The translations under genes were made by a program, and so were the position numbers. A stretch of DNA of 53,861 nt, counting the filler, from Sluysia triapertura (lineage: Eukaryota): assembly GCA_046118255.1 (NCBI GenBank). It is 4 parts of 4 records of this genome, joined end to end, with 100 filler letters (N's around TTAATTAATTAA, not from the genome) between each part and the next. Parts side by side here need not be neighbours in the genome. Positions count along the whole stretch, not along the records: positions 29,670 to 40,735 come from JBJNIA010189419.1; positions 40,836 to 53,861 come from JBJNIA010065077.1; 2 more parts are not named here. One strand, 5' to 3'. The notes beneath the pieces are model-generated. The model searched no databases, was not told the DNA's origin, and saw only the letters and a list, made by a program, of their open reading frames with translations. Position 1 is the first letter of the stretch; each line of letters begins with the position of its first letter. Below are positions 40,081 to 52,591 of this stretch, in pieces.

Positions 40081-40654
40081 AGAAGAAAATAGTAATAAAA
40101 ATACGAAAAAAAGTGAAATTAAGCGACAAAATTGATGAAAAATTTTAAAACTATATTTGTTTGAATTTTCCTATTAAACCAATAATTCATACATTTATAG
40201 ATTATTTGTTCATTAATTTTGTTTTTTAATAAAACCTATTTCTTCGGGGACCATAAAATATAATTAGTTGACACATCCGTTTATTTAATAAATAAAACCA
40301 ATTGATTTTATACAATATTTGTGATTTATTGCTTCTAATAAATGCACTATGTTGTTGAATGGGGTTTTCTGTTTTTTTTTTGTGTAAATTATATAAATAT
40401 TTATAGCAATGTGAACCTTCTGTTGAGACAGCTCCGACCCTAATTTAACATAAACATTGAAACGTTTATGTAATATGTTATATGTCGAAGATGGTCAGAT
40501 AAGAAAATGTTTACATTTCGTATTTTAATTTGCATTATCGTCAAGTTCGAACGACTATACTACCACTGTACTATATGCGAAGTGTACAGATTAGTTTTAT
40601 CGGGGTTGTGCAAGTGTAATATGGTAAACAAATATGAATATTCGTATTGATTTC

Positions 40655-40915
40655 GTGTTACTCAATTTCAGATAGAAAAGTGAAAAAATTACAATTAATA
40701 ATTAATCAAGCAGCAAGATTAATTCTCCAAGTTGGNNNNNNNNNNNNNNNNNNNNNNNNNNNNNNNNNNNNNNNNNNNNTTAATTAATTAANNNNNNNNN
40801 NNNNNNNNNNNNNNNNNNNNNNNNNNNNNNNNNNNAACAACCTATATTTCGTACTATTTGCTTCGCATCTAGTGTCTTGCCACCTACAATTAATTTTGCT
40901 TCATTCATTTTGAAT
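40655..40915. mobile_element. Two more fragments of the same L2 family flanking the gap (+ strand before it, - strand after it)
   Basis: About 40674-40735 reads RKVKKLQLIINQAARLILQVG on +. 40836-40915 matches about 39749-39825 at the nucleotide level. Confidence 0.85.
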
Positions 40916-42539
40916 GAAGACCTTCTCGAAATATTTCATTGTTTCATCAACACTGCTAATGCAGTTCGTATAACCCAGAAGATTAGTTGGTTTTCTCATT
41001 ATATTGTTCATAGATCCATCAATTTAGAAGCACCAATCGTTTGTATTTATATTTTTGCTTTTTCTTCGTGTGTAACTTGCCTATTAGATACACATCCGTA
41101 GTTAAATGGTCAATAAAAGATTTCTCGAAATCATCATTAACGTCGACACAGAAGTTAAGGTAGAATTTTTGATAAAATAAGCAAGTTTCCTAATTAATTT
41201 CAATGTAAATCGAAATAATAACGATATTCGGCGTAACAAATTGAATTAAATTCAGAAAATTATTAATTTATTAAAGGAGTTAAAAATAAAGTTATTGTTC
41301 AACAATCAACTCGAATAGAAATTGTTTATAATTATAATTATAATTTTTTCTCTTAAATGCGATGACGATGCAAATTAGTTATTGCATAAATAATACAATT
41401 CTCATTATTCATTTAATTTTCATTTAATCCTGTTGTCGTTGAATGTTTCCAAGGTTACTAAGAATAATAGTTATTTCTAGCTATACTTAATGATGATGAC
41501 GACGTTTTTACTACTTATTAATTATAATAAATATGTAATGTTACGCATTAGACAAATTTAAAATTTTCTTTTAATGTCGATGTTATTATTACTTGCATAA
41601 TTGTTGTCCTTATGTTTCATTGAGTGTGGAATTTGTTATTGTTATTCTTTTGTGTGAATTTAATTTTAAATCGACTAAATAAAATTTTGATAAATTTGCA
41701 TCTGCTATTATTATGATGAATTACTATCTTAATATTGTGAGAGATAAGTTGACAAATTAATAAATATAAGTGATTTTAAAGTTCAATTTCAAAGTTCATG
41801 ATTTTATCAAATAAAGTTTTTTTTAATTTTCCTAAACAATCGAAAAACATTTAATAAGTTTAAATTAAAGGTTCCTGACTATAATGAAAATTATTTCTTT
41901 GTTCTTTTAAAATTGTAATTAATATACATTTTTTTCAAAAGAATATTATTTTGCATGTTAAAATTGTTTGGAATAAATTTTTATTACAATAACCCAAGTT
42001 ATTGTAAACGCTTAACTCTAAAGTTATAATAGGTAATTTTTATTCAGTCAATTAAATTAGTTTATAATTAGTTTCGGTATTATGGAAGTGCACATTTTAG
42101 TATTTAAAATAATGTCACTTCATTTCACCAAATTTTATTTAAACTTTAATTTAAGTATTGCACTTACGAAATTATTCACTTCAAGTATTAGTACTCTATT
42201 TACAATAAGTGTTAGTAACGCTTAGTGACGGATTCCAGCGAAACCTTATCTAGATAACAGATCGCGAACATTGTCTGATAATAAAATATTCTAAATGATT
42301 TTAACCATTGGAACAATTAACTTTATATACTATTTTTAGTATCCAATAATTTTTGGATTCCCATTCTACGATACATTTTCTACAGTTAAGTTCTCTCTTT
42401 ATCCAAATTATATTATTTAAAATCATAAATGATTTGTAATGGAAATTTCTTCGTATATTATAATTAATTTCCTATAATGTAATCATTTATTTATTTTTGC
42501 ATATTCATTTATTTATTAATTTGTATTTTTTTTATTAAG

Positions 42540-42851
42540 TGTGGTAGCTCTCATCCCTTGTTTTCTACATTCTATTTTTGCTTTACTTTACTTATCTTTC
42601 AAAGTAAGTGTATTTTTCGTGATATTTCTTTCTCCATTTCAGATGTTTCAAGCTACTTATTATGGTATTTTGGTTTGATTTTTTTACCTTAAAAATGTAA
42701 AAGATTTTTTTTAATTATTAAATTATATTTAATTTATTCTCGCACGAATATTAAATAACAAATTCACCCATAATTTCTAATTCATCTAGGATATTCTGAG
42801 CCCATTATTGGAGATGAGATCTCCAGCTGTTTCAACTTTGCCTTCTTTTGA
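42540..42851 (+). CDS. Candidate exons (42540-42603, 42643-42664, 42790-42851) of a small hydrophobic or membrane protein
   Basis: A consensus 39-nt intron GTAAGT...TTTCAG lies at 42604-42642. The spliced frame VVALIPCFLHSIFALLYLSFK-MFQATYY-GYSEPIIGDEISSCFNFAFF* is open. 5' exons not resolved. Confidence 0.4.
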
Positions 42852-45800
42852 TCATCTTCTCACTAACAGTTGCTGACAGAAACATGTTCTTATCAATCAT
42901 TTTCAGAAATACACGTTTTTATCTTTAATGTAAAGGAATTAATAAAATAATACAGTTTTAATCGAACGGCAGAAATAAAAATAAAATTAGGATATGCAAA
43001 GTTTAAAAATTATACTTTGAAGAGCCACAAAAGCAAAACATTTTATGAATCAAACAATCTTTAACTCTGGCCATTTTCATGCTATTAAAATATAAGTTTC
43101 ATTTAGATTTGATCTAATTTATTGTTCACACTTCCTTCAAAATTATTTAAAAAATCGATTATTGTAATAATCGATATTTTAAAATTTTTAAGTAACAAAT
43201 AATATTTCAAATATGTTCATTTAATTCCATAGTTGTCCAGGACATTGGCAAGTTACATTATTTTTATTTAAATGCGTTATCAACCTAATTAATTAACATT
43301 CTCCTTTACAAAAATTAACAAACATCACTTATTACAACAAGCAAACACAAAACAAATTCCACAAACGTTTAAACATCTAAATAGTTTAACATATAAAACT
43401 TTTAACTTATAAAACTTCTTAACTTTCTCCCATAACTTCCTTTTTTTCCTTTCAACTAAAGAATAAGGAAAAATTCAATTACAAATTTCAAAAGCAAAGC
43501 TCAAAAGAACAAGATATAACTCGATGAACTCGATGTTGAAGTACAGCAATTACAAAATAATCAGACTCATTAAAACAAAAGTAACAATATGACCAAACTG
43601 AGTCTTACAGATTTGGAAGAACTGTAATTTAAGAAATTGTGGATTTGAACGAGTACGGTTGTTGTATAGAATGTTATTTTTTGTTCTTTCTTGTGATTCA
43701 GAAAATACAATGATGGTGTTGGTTACGCGAAAAATAGGATTGGATAATACTTTTCAAATAATAAATCTATTAATAATACAGACTAATATGAAGATGTGAA
43801 ATACTTTTGCGTTTTTATAAAATTCACAATTGGAACCTTATATATTAGTTATTTTAATTCTCAACTGTGAATGAAGTTGTAATATTTTATATGAACTTTC
43901 AAATTCGTAATTAAATTAAATTAAAATTTATTATGAGATAAATGGATATTTATGCATTTGGATAGAGTGAAAGCAGAAATTAACAGAAAGAATTAATTTG
44001 CAGTTTATGCAAATTTATTTTTCGTATATAAACAATAAAAGAATAATAATAATAATGATAATAATATATTTAAATTATTAGCTAGTATGGCTTCGTCGAC
44101 AAATATCCGACATAACATCAATGGTGCACTAACAGTTACATCACTGTTAATTATTACATCATAAACTGCTAAAATCCAACTTCCATTTAAATCGAAAATG
44201 CCTGTGTACACATGCAAAGAATGATAAAGGCACGTGTGTGCACTGATGTCACTTGCCAATAGACAAATTAAAAAATCGATTGCACAATAAAAATTAGGAG
44301 AGCAAAAAAATTTTGTTTAATTATTAATTAGAAATAAAGATAATAAGTTTTGTTGGCAAAAATGGAAAATCAGTTACGGTTACAAGAAAATGACAGAACC
44401 AAGAGAAATATCAATGAAAAACTTAATTGCGACAAAAGATGTATTTGTAAATATGTGACTCATTAATTCATTAATTTATTGATTTAAATATGAACTGTTA
44501 TTTTTATGACATTGATTTAAATATGAACTTCGTATGTATATAATGATATTAGCTTTCATTGATTGATTAATTTTATTCGGAAATATTTTATTTGAACATT
44601 TATTTGGAAATTATCGGAATTAATTAACTTTATATATTGGAAATATTTAAATGTAAGAATTTTTTATTTTAATTTCTTAATTTATTTAAATTTTATTAAT
44701 TTTATGAATTTCGTTACAGAATAACGTGACTATTTTAATTTTGATTATTTTAATTTAATATTTTGTTTTAGTCTGAGCAAGGTCGGACTAAAACAAGTAT
44801 ATAAACATTAATTTTTTGCAATTATCTCACAACTTATCAATACACGATTTGCAAACTGTTTATAAAATCTTTAATATCCAAGTCCATAGTTTACAATCCT
44901 TTCAAATAAAGAATTTAAGATTTTGTTACAATAATTTTCTTTGGATCAAAGTTTTATTAGTGACGTTAGTTTGATTTTATTAAGATAGATATTTTTATCA
45001 CACGTAAAATACACGTAATATTATTGTTAACATTGGGATCAATTTTAATTATTAATAAAATAATTATTTATAAAATTTCAATTATTAATATAACTAACTG
45101 AAAAAACAGTTAGTTCATGTAAATGTATTATTATTATTAATTCCACTTTTGTATATTTTTCAAGAATAAAATTTCTCTTGTTTATAATTGTTAATTTACT
45201 AATTTACATAGCTTCAAAAACTATTAAAACCTGACACCTTGATTGTTTTCAAAAAGCTAGAAGTTAATTCTAGATACGTAAAATCTTTTTCAACGATTCC
45301 ATATAACGGAATCGATAAATAAATTCAAATTTTTCATTTAAATATTTAGCTAATCAGTTTTTTTAATTTAATTTGCCAGGAGCCTCAAATTATAAAGAAT
45401 AAAAATTACCTCCAGGTAGAATTGAATACTAAGGACTTTCTTAACATATTTTTCAAGACTTATCTTACACTAACTGGCACTAACTGATGAGTCCAGTACG
45501 TTGGTAAACTCACATATTTAACTCGTTTTATTCTATTTACTACAAACCATTTCCACGTATATTATAATGTTCCAACATAATTAAATTAATGCTCATTAAG
45601 ATACCAATTCAAGTACACTATTGAAATCGATATGTAACGCATTCTTCTGGAAAAGGAATTTAGTATGTAAATGTGTAAATAAATGATTAACCAATAAATA
45701 AAATTTGATGTGTAAGAGACATGTATTGTAATATTGTAATGTGTGTACAAAATAATATCGTTATAAATAAAATCTAGATATGTGATCTGAAAATATCGTT

Positions 45801-46517
45801 GTTAATAAAATCTGTGTTAATAAAATCTGAAAAATCTAAATTTGTAAAATTGTATTTATTGATTTGTTGATTAGTGCAATTGTTGATTATAAATTCATAT
45901 TTATTTAATTCAAAAATTTTTTAACCGGAGTAATTTGTAATTTAAATTGGAATAATTTGAAAATTTAATAATTAAAGTAAGATTTTTATTAATTTTTAAT
46001 TTTAATTTTTAAATCTAATTATAATATTGATTATAATACTAATTTTTGCATAAAAGTTTGCAAAGGAATATATTTATTTTTATAATTTTGCTTTAATAAT
46101 GACCTCAAGGTCATTTTTGTAATATATGAGAACCAAAAAAACGAACATAAAAACACAAAAAATTTTACACAAAATCTTATGCACAAAAATCTTACGAAAG
46201 GAATTCTTTTGAAAATAATTCGATCCATTTCAAGACATTTAACAATTCGTTGTCGAAGAGCTAAGCTGCCATTACAATTATCGTTAGTTTTTATTAATAA
46301 TAAGTACTTTGCAATTATTAAAATTGCCTACTTAAAATATACGAAATATTCAGTTCAGCTTTTGTTACTATTTCAAAGTAGCGTATTAAATTTCTCAATT
46401 AAAATTTTCTGATTAAAGATTATTTATTAAATAATCTTCTTAAATTATAATGATATAATGTATAAACTTTTTTCTTTTGTAATAAATTTATTATACTTTG
46501 AATTATTTATTATTAAC

Positions 46518-46710
46518 AGGTTCTAGTACGAACCTTATTAAAATCAATTATTGTGTTAAAGGTTCCATTTAGAACCTAATTAAAATCATTTTGTAATTGC
46601 GAAAGATTCATTTTAGGAACATCATTAAAATCACTACTTCAAAGGTTCAATTTAAGAACCTAATTAAAATATTAATACTCCAGGTTCGAAGTAAGAACCT
46701 TATTAAAATC
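46518..46710. repeat. Array of five palindromic units AGGTTC-N6/7-GAACCT-(T/A)ATTAAAATC with a 39-44 bp period
   Basis: Units at 46518, 46560, 46604 (degenerate), 46643 and 46682. Confidence 0.9.
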
Positions 46711-49388
46711 TAATAAATTTTCTGTATTAATAAGAAATTAAATATTAGGAGTTCTTTCTAAAAAATATTACTAGAGCCTCCATTTACTTCATAAAAAGAA
46801 TCTTTTGATAGAAAATCCAACGGCTGGCCCTAACAGGCAAGTCCAGTACATTGGTGAACTCACTTTAAGCTAGGCGTTTTATTCTATATCACTTCACTTT
46901 CCTCACAGTAATGTTCGTAATGAAAAAGAACCAATTCAACGTTTATATGTCGATATACAGTTTATGTGAAGTATTATCCATATGTTATTATATTTTCGTG
47001 AAGTTTTGGTACATAAAAATGATCAACGAGATAGAATATTTGGTTATAAAAAGTTTAACCACTCTAAATCATCTGCAGTTTCTGAAGTAACACTGAACAA
47101 TATGACAGTTATCTTTATGTTTTATAAAAGTAATGCATTGTTCTTTATTTTCATATTGTTATTTAAAGTTAAAAAAACGTCCAATGTGTTTATTTTAAAA
47201 GTTAAATTAGTTGATATTTTAATTACAAAATTGGTTAAATTAATTAAGACAGTTAAAAATGTAATTTATTATTTCAAGTTGATGTGCGATTGTTATGTTA
47301 AATTTTAAGGTAATTAAAAAATTCATTAATCACTTTTATTTCATTTTTTATGTAATTACCAAAAAAATAAATTCTAACAAATTCATAAATAAAATTTTCA
47401 TAACGCTCTTAACCCGAACACGAAAATCTTAAAATAGAAATTAAACTTACATGCCTTTCCATTCCCGGTGATCGGAACGAGTATCCGAGCTCACACTTTC
47501 ACATAAAATAAAGAATAGAAATCATTTATAAATCAAGAAAATAAAGGGTTGTTAAGACTAGATAATCATTAAGAGACTTTAAGCTATTGTCAATACATAA
47601 TAATATACAATGAAGAAATTTAAATTATTGTTAAATTATCTTTTAAGAATTAAGAAGCTGTATTGATAAATTTAAGAATTTACTAAGACATTCTATTGAG
47701 TTTACATCAAAAGTTTAATTTATCGTTAGTATAGACAAAATACGTGGTAGATATAAATTCGTTAAAACAAAGCCATTTTAAGTTTCGAAAAGAACGTATA
47801 CGAAAACCTAGCATTTTTTCTAAATTCAATAATATGTTTAATATATAATTGTCATTAATAGTACAGTTAATAAAGAATTTAATAAAGGCGTGAATGAATG
47901 AGACTTTATAATCAGTGTCTTGAAAGATGTTAAATGGATAATCGTGATAATAAGTATAGTAAGTATAGCGAAGTGTGGAGGTTTCCCAAGAAGAGTGATT
48001 AGAGTGAATATAAATCATACATTTCGTACGTGTTATGTTAAGAAAAAAATTTAAATTAACATTGGTGTTATAATATCGCTAGTTGCATAGAATATAAAAG
48101 AATTGTTGAGAAAACGTGTACATTTACTATGTAGAATTATAAATTATAAATTTGTATATTGTAAATTCGTTATATGTAAATTTATGTAAAATTTTCAATA
48201 TTAATCTATATTGTTAAAGAAAATTGTAAATTTTTGTATAAAAAATGTTCTATTATTCTATATTTAATTCTATTATTCTAATATTTAATTTAAATATTTT
48301 AGTTATTACAGAAATTTAAAAGAAAACATATATCTACGAATTTATTATTAAACAAATATATTAAATTACGAATGATTATTACATTATTATTACAGAAAAT
48401 ATTATAAATTTATTATTATTTTTATGAGTGAAAATATAAAATAGCAAAAAAATAAATAAACTCATTTAATTACCGCAAAAAGATATGAAGTATAAAAAGC
48501 AAAAAATGTTTTACAAAAACTCACACCAAAGAATCAGCAAAATAATTTTTAAAGACAAAAGCGACGTCTACAGTGACACAGTTCAAAAAAGATTGATAAG
48601 TTACAAGATATTCATACATGAAGACAAAAAGGTTCATCTAAATAATCTTACTTTCAAGAGGAATTCGTGATTACTTTTGAATACACTTCTAACAATATTT
48701 CAACATTCAGTTGGAAATTATTTTGTTCAAAAGCATTCGATTTATCTTCAATTTTTTTAGACGATTTTCTGGACTTTCCATGAATCCGTAAGTTGGTTTT
48801 GTATAAGTTTAAGCTGGAATATTTAGCTTAAAATCCACTTAAAATCATATTTTTTAACATCTAAGCATTCGCCTGGATCAATTTGAATTTAAAACTTTTA
48901 ATCTAATTTAGGAGAAATCATAAAATTTAATTTAACATATTTATATTTATATATTTATTTGAATTTATATTATTTTTGTTTTTAATTTTGACATTTGCTA
49001 ATAAATCATTAATCTTCAGTTTGTTAATTTTTGTTAAAAGTCAAGTTAAATTAATAAAAACAATTTAACGTCAGAGTAAGAATAACCGTTTACAAATAAG
49101 AATTCCTTAGACCACAAAAGATTGTTAAGAATTTATAAATATTGTAAAAAGATTTTTAGAGAAGAATAATGCCAAATAATGTGCAAGAATCTCACTTGAA
49201 TTTTTACCATTTGAACACATTATTTAAGTAGTTAAACTTCGAAAATTGATAATATTTTATAGCAAAGTTGTGAAACGTTTCATAGATAATCATCTAAGTG
49301 GCTTTAGAGACCCTCATAAATATCACTATTAAAAATTATTATTGCATAGCAGAGTGTGAGGAAACTTTTCGTAGCGATTTGACTAAAT

Positions 49389-49444
49389 CCTGTAATTGTG
49401 TCTTCCGAGATATAAATCACAAATTACAGGCTAACCCGTAAGAT
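49389..49444 (+). ncRNA. Candidate structured RNA (H-type pseudoknot), copy 1
   Basis: CCTGTAA-TTGTG pairs with CACAA-A-TTACAGG. Loop TCTTCCG pairs with downstream CGTAAGA. Covaries with copy 2. Confidence 0.5.
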
Positions 49445-50454
49445 ATTTTCATAATTGTTTATAGATAAAACACAACTATTTTCATAACTGTGTAAGCCTA
49501 CATTTTTAAAATTACACATTTAATGTAACATTTATGGAAGGCTTTACATATCTTAAAATTACTTTTATTACCGGTGAATGCTTTAAAACTTAAATATTTT
49601 CCTTTTTATTTTACTAATTTTTACTTTATTTATTAAACAAAGGCCTGTATTGAAATGTTTACGGGGGTGTATTTCCCAAAACAATAAATGAACATAAAGG
49701 CACAAAGATTTATAAGACTTAAAAACATAAGAATAAGAACTCATAATAAGAATAAAATTTTCATATAATTTATTATCATTATCATCACAATAACTCATAA
49801 TCAGAATCTCATAAAGTTGCTCCTTTATATTTTTATAAAAATATAAAAGGAAAAGAATTTAAATAATCTCGAACAGCAAAATAACACATTCGTAAAATTC
49901 AACTTGATATTTTTGGTACATTTAGATCGACCAGCTTTTTAGTAACTCAAATTAAAGAATGGCAGAAAATCAATTGAAAACATTCGATCACTGATTTGGA
50001 TTTTACAAATTTTTATCCATGAATACGTAAGATTTGTTATTTAAGGATATCCTATAATAATTTAGGATCAAACTCATACTTAAATTTTGTTAATATTCCA
50101 TAGCCAAATATTAAATCTGGCTTAATATTTTTATTTTCTAAACTTCATATTAAATGAAGTGAAATAACTTAATTTCCAATTGTTATATCTTTATTATAAA
50201 TATTACTGATAATACCATCTTGTGAATAATTTTTTTGTATTTTATTTATTTTATAGTCTTTGATAATAGAACTTAGAATTGGTACATAGAATTTATACAT
50301 AGTGTTATATATAATTTAGAATTTATATATACATACGCGTTAAATTTTTATCAAACGATTAATTTTAAAACTCTCAGTGTAGGTTGACGTTCGCAAAAAA
50401 ATTTATTTAGAATAAATAAATTCTCCCTAGGTATTCGAAATTACTAATATAAAA

Positions 50455-50513
50455 CCTGAAGCGGTGTCTTGTACGCATATAAATCAGCGACTTCAGGCGA
50501 ATCCGAATAAGAT
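50455..50513 (+). ncRNA. Candidate structured RNA (H-type pseudoknot), copy 2
   Basis: CCTGAAG-CGGTG pairs with CAGCG-A-CTTCAGG. Loop TCTTGTACG pairs with downstream CGAATAAGA. Confidence 0.5.
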
Positions 50514-51139
50514 TTTTACATATTTGCTAAGAGTTTCATAATCTCGAGTTAATAAATGTTGTGGCCAACCCAATACTGCAAGAATCACTTTTCTGAACAT
50601 TTCATAATTGTTAATACTCTCAGATATTTCAAGCATAAAATTTCACAATATCAAATTCATACTCCACATCCAAAGCCAGCAAACATATATTTTAAAATTA
50701 ATTTAAAAAAATTTCAAATTTAATGCAATATATCGCACATTATATAACATTTTACTAATTTTATCAAAACCTTTTTCATATTCTATCTCCTTCACTTCTA
50801 CTAAAACATTATTCTAATCGTCTTATAACAATCATATTTCATAACTTTATAACATCAAAATATTTAATCATGTACATTCTTTAAAACATCAAAGTAATCC
50901 TTTAAACCATTTCAGAGTCACATTTCATAAATCATTTTTAACAATTTCAATTATGTTAAGAATTAGAATAATGTAAAAAGACAGGTCATGCCTTTTAGAA
51001 AGATAAGAGATTTATGCTCTTTCCATTACAATTTATTTCATTTTTAATATGATACTGTTATTATCATTTTATTTTATGTATCATACTAATTGTAATTTAA
51101 CCATTTTATTATCAGCATTTCGTACTTTTGACAATTTAT

Positions 51140-51390
51140 ATTAACAACTGCCAGTAATTGACAGTTTTAATCTAAATAAAATAGTTTCTACCGTATTTAC
51201 TGTCAGCTGCTGACAGTTAGATTACTGAAATTTAATTATCTTTTGAAGTGCCAGCTTTGCAAGCTTGTACTGAAACGACACATTTGTTTAATATAATTTA
51301 TGGTCTGATTGGACACCAATCAAATTTATTTTAAGTTACATTTCTTGTTACTCCAATTGGACCTCCAATCAGATAACACAACTCACTGAT
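51140..51390 (+). promoter_or_regulatory. Promoter-like motif cluster upstream of the CCCH gene
   Basis: Two CTG(T/C)CA-N5-TGACAG palindromes (51148, 51200) and several CCAAT/ATTGG boxes (about 51308-51370). Confidence 0.45.
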
Positions 51391-51567
51391 ATCTCCACAT
51401 TACCCATATAATTTATTTTTTAGTACAATATTAATAGTATCGTGAATATTAATTTTAAGGTGAACTTATTGCAGGAATTAATTAAAAACGGATTTTTCAT
51501 TATAAATCATCAACATTATTATTAGTATTTGAATAAACAATCTTCGCTCCTAATATTAGTCAATAAT

Positions 51568-52591
51568 ATGTATATTAAAATTATAGTTAGCAAAGAATCT
51601 TTTGGCATACAATATTATAATGATCACCGCACTCCAATTACATATGCAAAGAGAACAATGTATATCTCATCTAAGTTTGTTTATAGAAATGTATTATTCG
51701 ACTCTCCAGAGAAGCACAAAGTAAAATTTGGTTACATAGATGATTCTATTATCAACAACCAGACTAATGAATTGAATCTTAATGATAAGTGTTTTACTGT
51801 CATATTATAAGTATCGGAACAATCATTTTAAAAAAGATTAGTTAATGAAGCACCAATTTTTGATACATATTACAGATCGTTCAACATGTTACAAAAAATT
51901 TTAATAGTTCCTAGAGAATTGTATTTTAGTCTTGAGCAACTGCATGATATCAATAGAAGTTTAACGATGCCACTTTATTCAGCTCGTTCAAAACAACTTA
52001 TTAAGATTTGTAAAAGTAATAAATTAATCATATTCGTAGATGCAAATCAATTTTCCTTTTTTATAAGTATCATGTCAAAATTTGATAAAAGGCCTTTTAG
52101 ATCACTTGAGAACAAGAATAATAAATTTTCAAAAAAAACTATACATTGATTACCCTTTCATTACAAGTAGATAAACATTATTCAAGACCTTTATGTTAAA
52201 AAATGAATCAATTCAAAATTTCTCGTGGTCTTAACAGATCTTACAATGTAAATGCTCAGATTTATGCTAGTGAAGGTAAACAATATAAAGAAGGTATTTG
52301 TTTATACATGACTACACCAAATGGCCAATGTTCCAGATTCGGTAATAAGTGTCAATATGCTCATAATATCTTAGATATCAAACGTGGTACCAGTTATTCT
52401 GCCTGTTTCAGCGAGCACAACATGCGAATCAATATTCTCCTGTCGAGTTTGGCTAAAATGCCGGTAAATTTAATAACTTTATATTACATTTTATTTTTTG
52501 ATACAAAACAATTTTATCACTTCTATTTATTTAGGTCCAAGATGAGAAACAATTCAGAACATTGAGAGAATATCCAACAAATTTAAATTAA
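51568..52591 (+). pseudogene. Disrupted CCCH zinc-finger gene, possibly ZC3H12/Regnase-like
   Basis: Track ORFs 51529 and 51886 share one frame, broken by TAA at 51808 and 51829, TGA at 52147 and TAG at 52168. A frameshift in the A-run at about 52200 leads into CLYMTTPNGQCSRFGNKCQYAH (C-x9-C-x6-C-x3-H). A 71-nt intron (52464-52534) precedes the terminal exon VQDEKQFRTLREYPTNLN*. Confidence 0.6.

Noticed and set aside
44005-44259. Relatively GC-rich ORF with a plus-strand CKExxRHVC word
   Set aside because: No Sema or TSP similarity and no convincing splice sites. Too little to assign to a transposase.
45484-45513. Hammerhead-like CTGATGAG core
   Set aside because: Present in only one of four repeat copies (the others read CTGGTAAG, CCGGTAAG or CAGGCAAG), with no proper GAAA core or stem III.
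46518-46710. CRISPR array
   Set aside because: Eukaryotic context, spacers only about 10-15 nt, variable repeat loops and no cas genes.
49389-50513. Canonical HDV-like ribozyme or pre-miRNA
   Set aside because: No P3/L3 (YCC) element, P1.1 or P4, and the hairpin (about 42 nt with a large loop) is too short for a pre-miRNA. Kept only as an unassigned pseudoknot.
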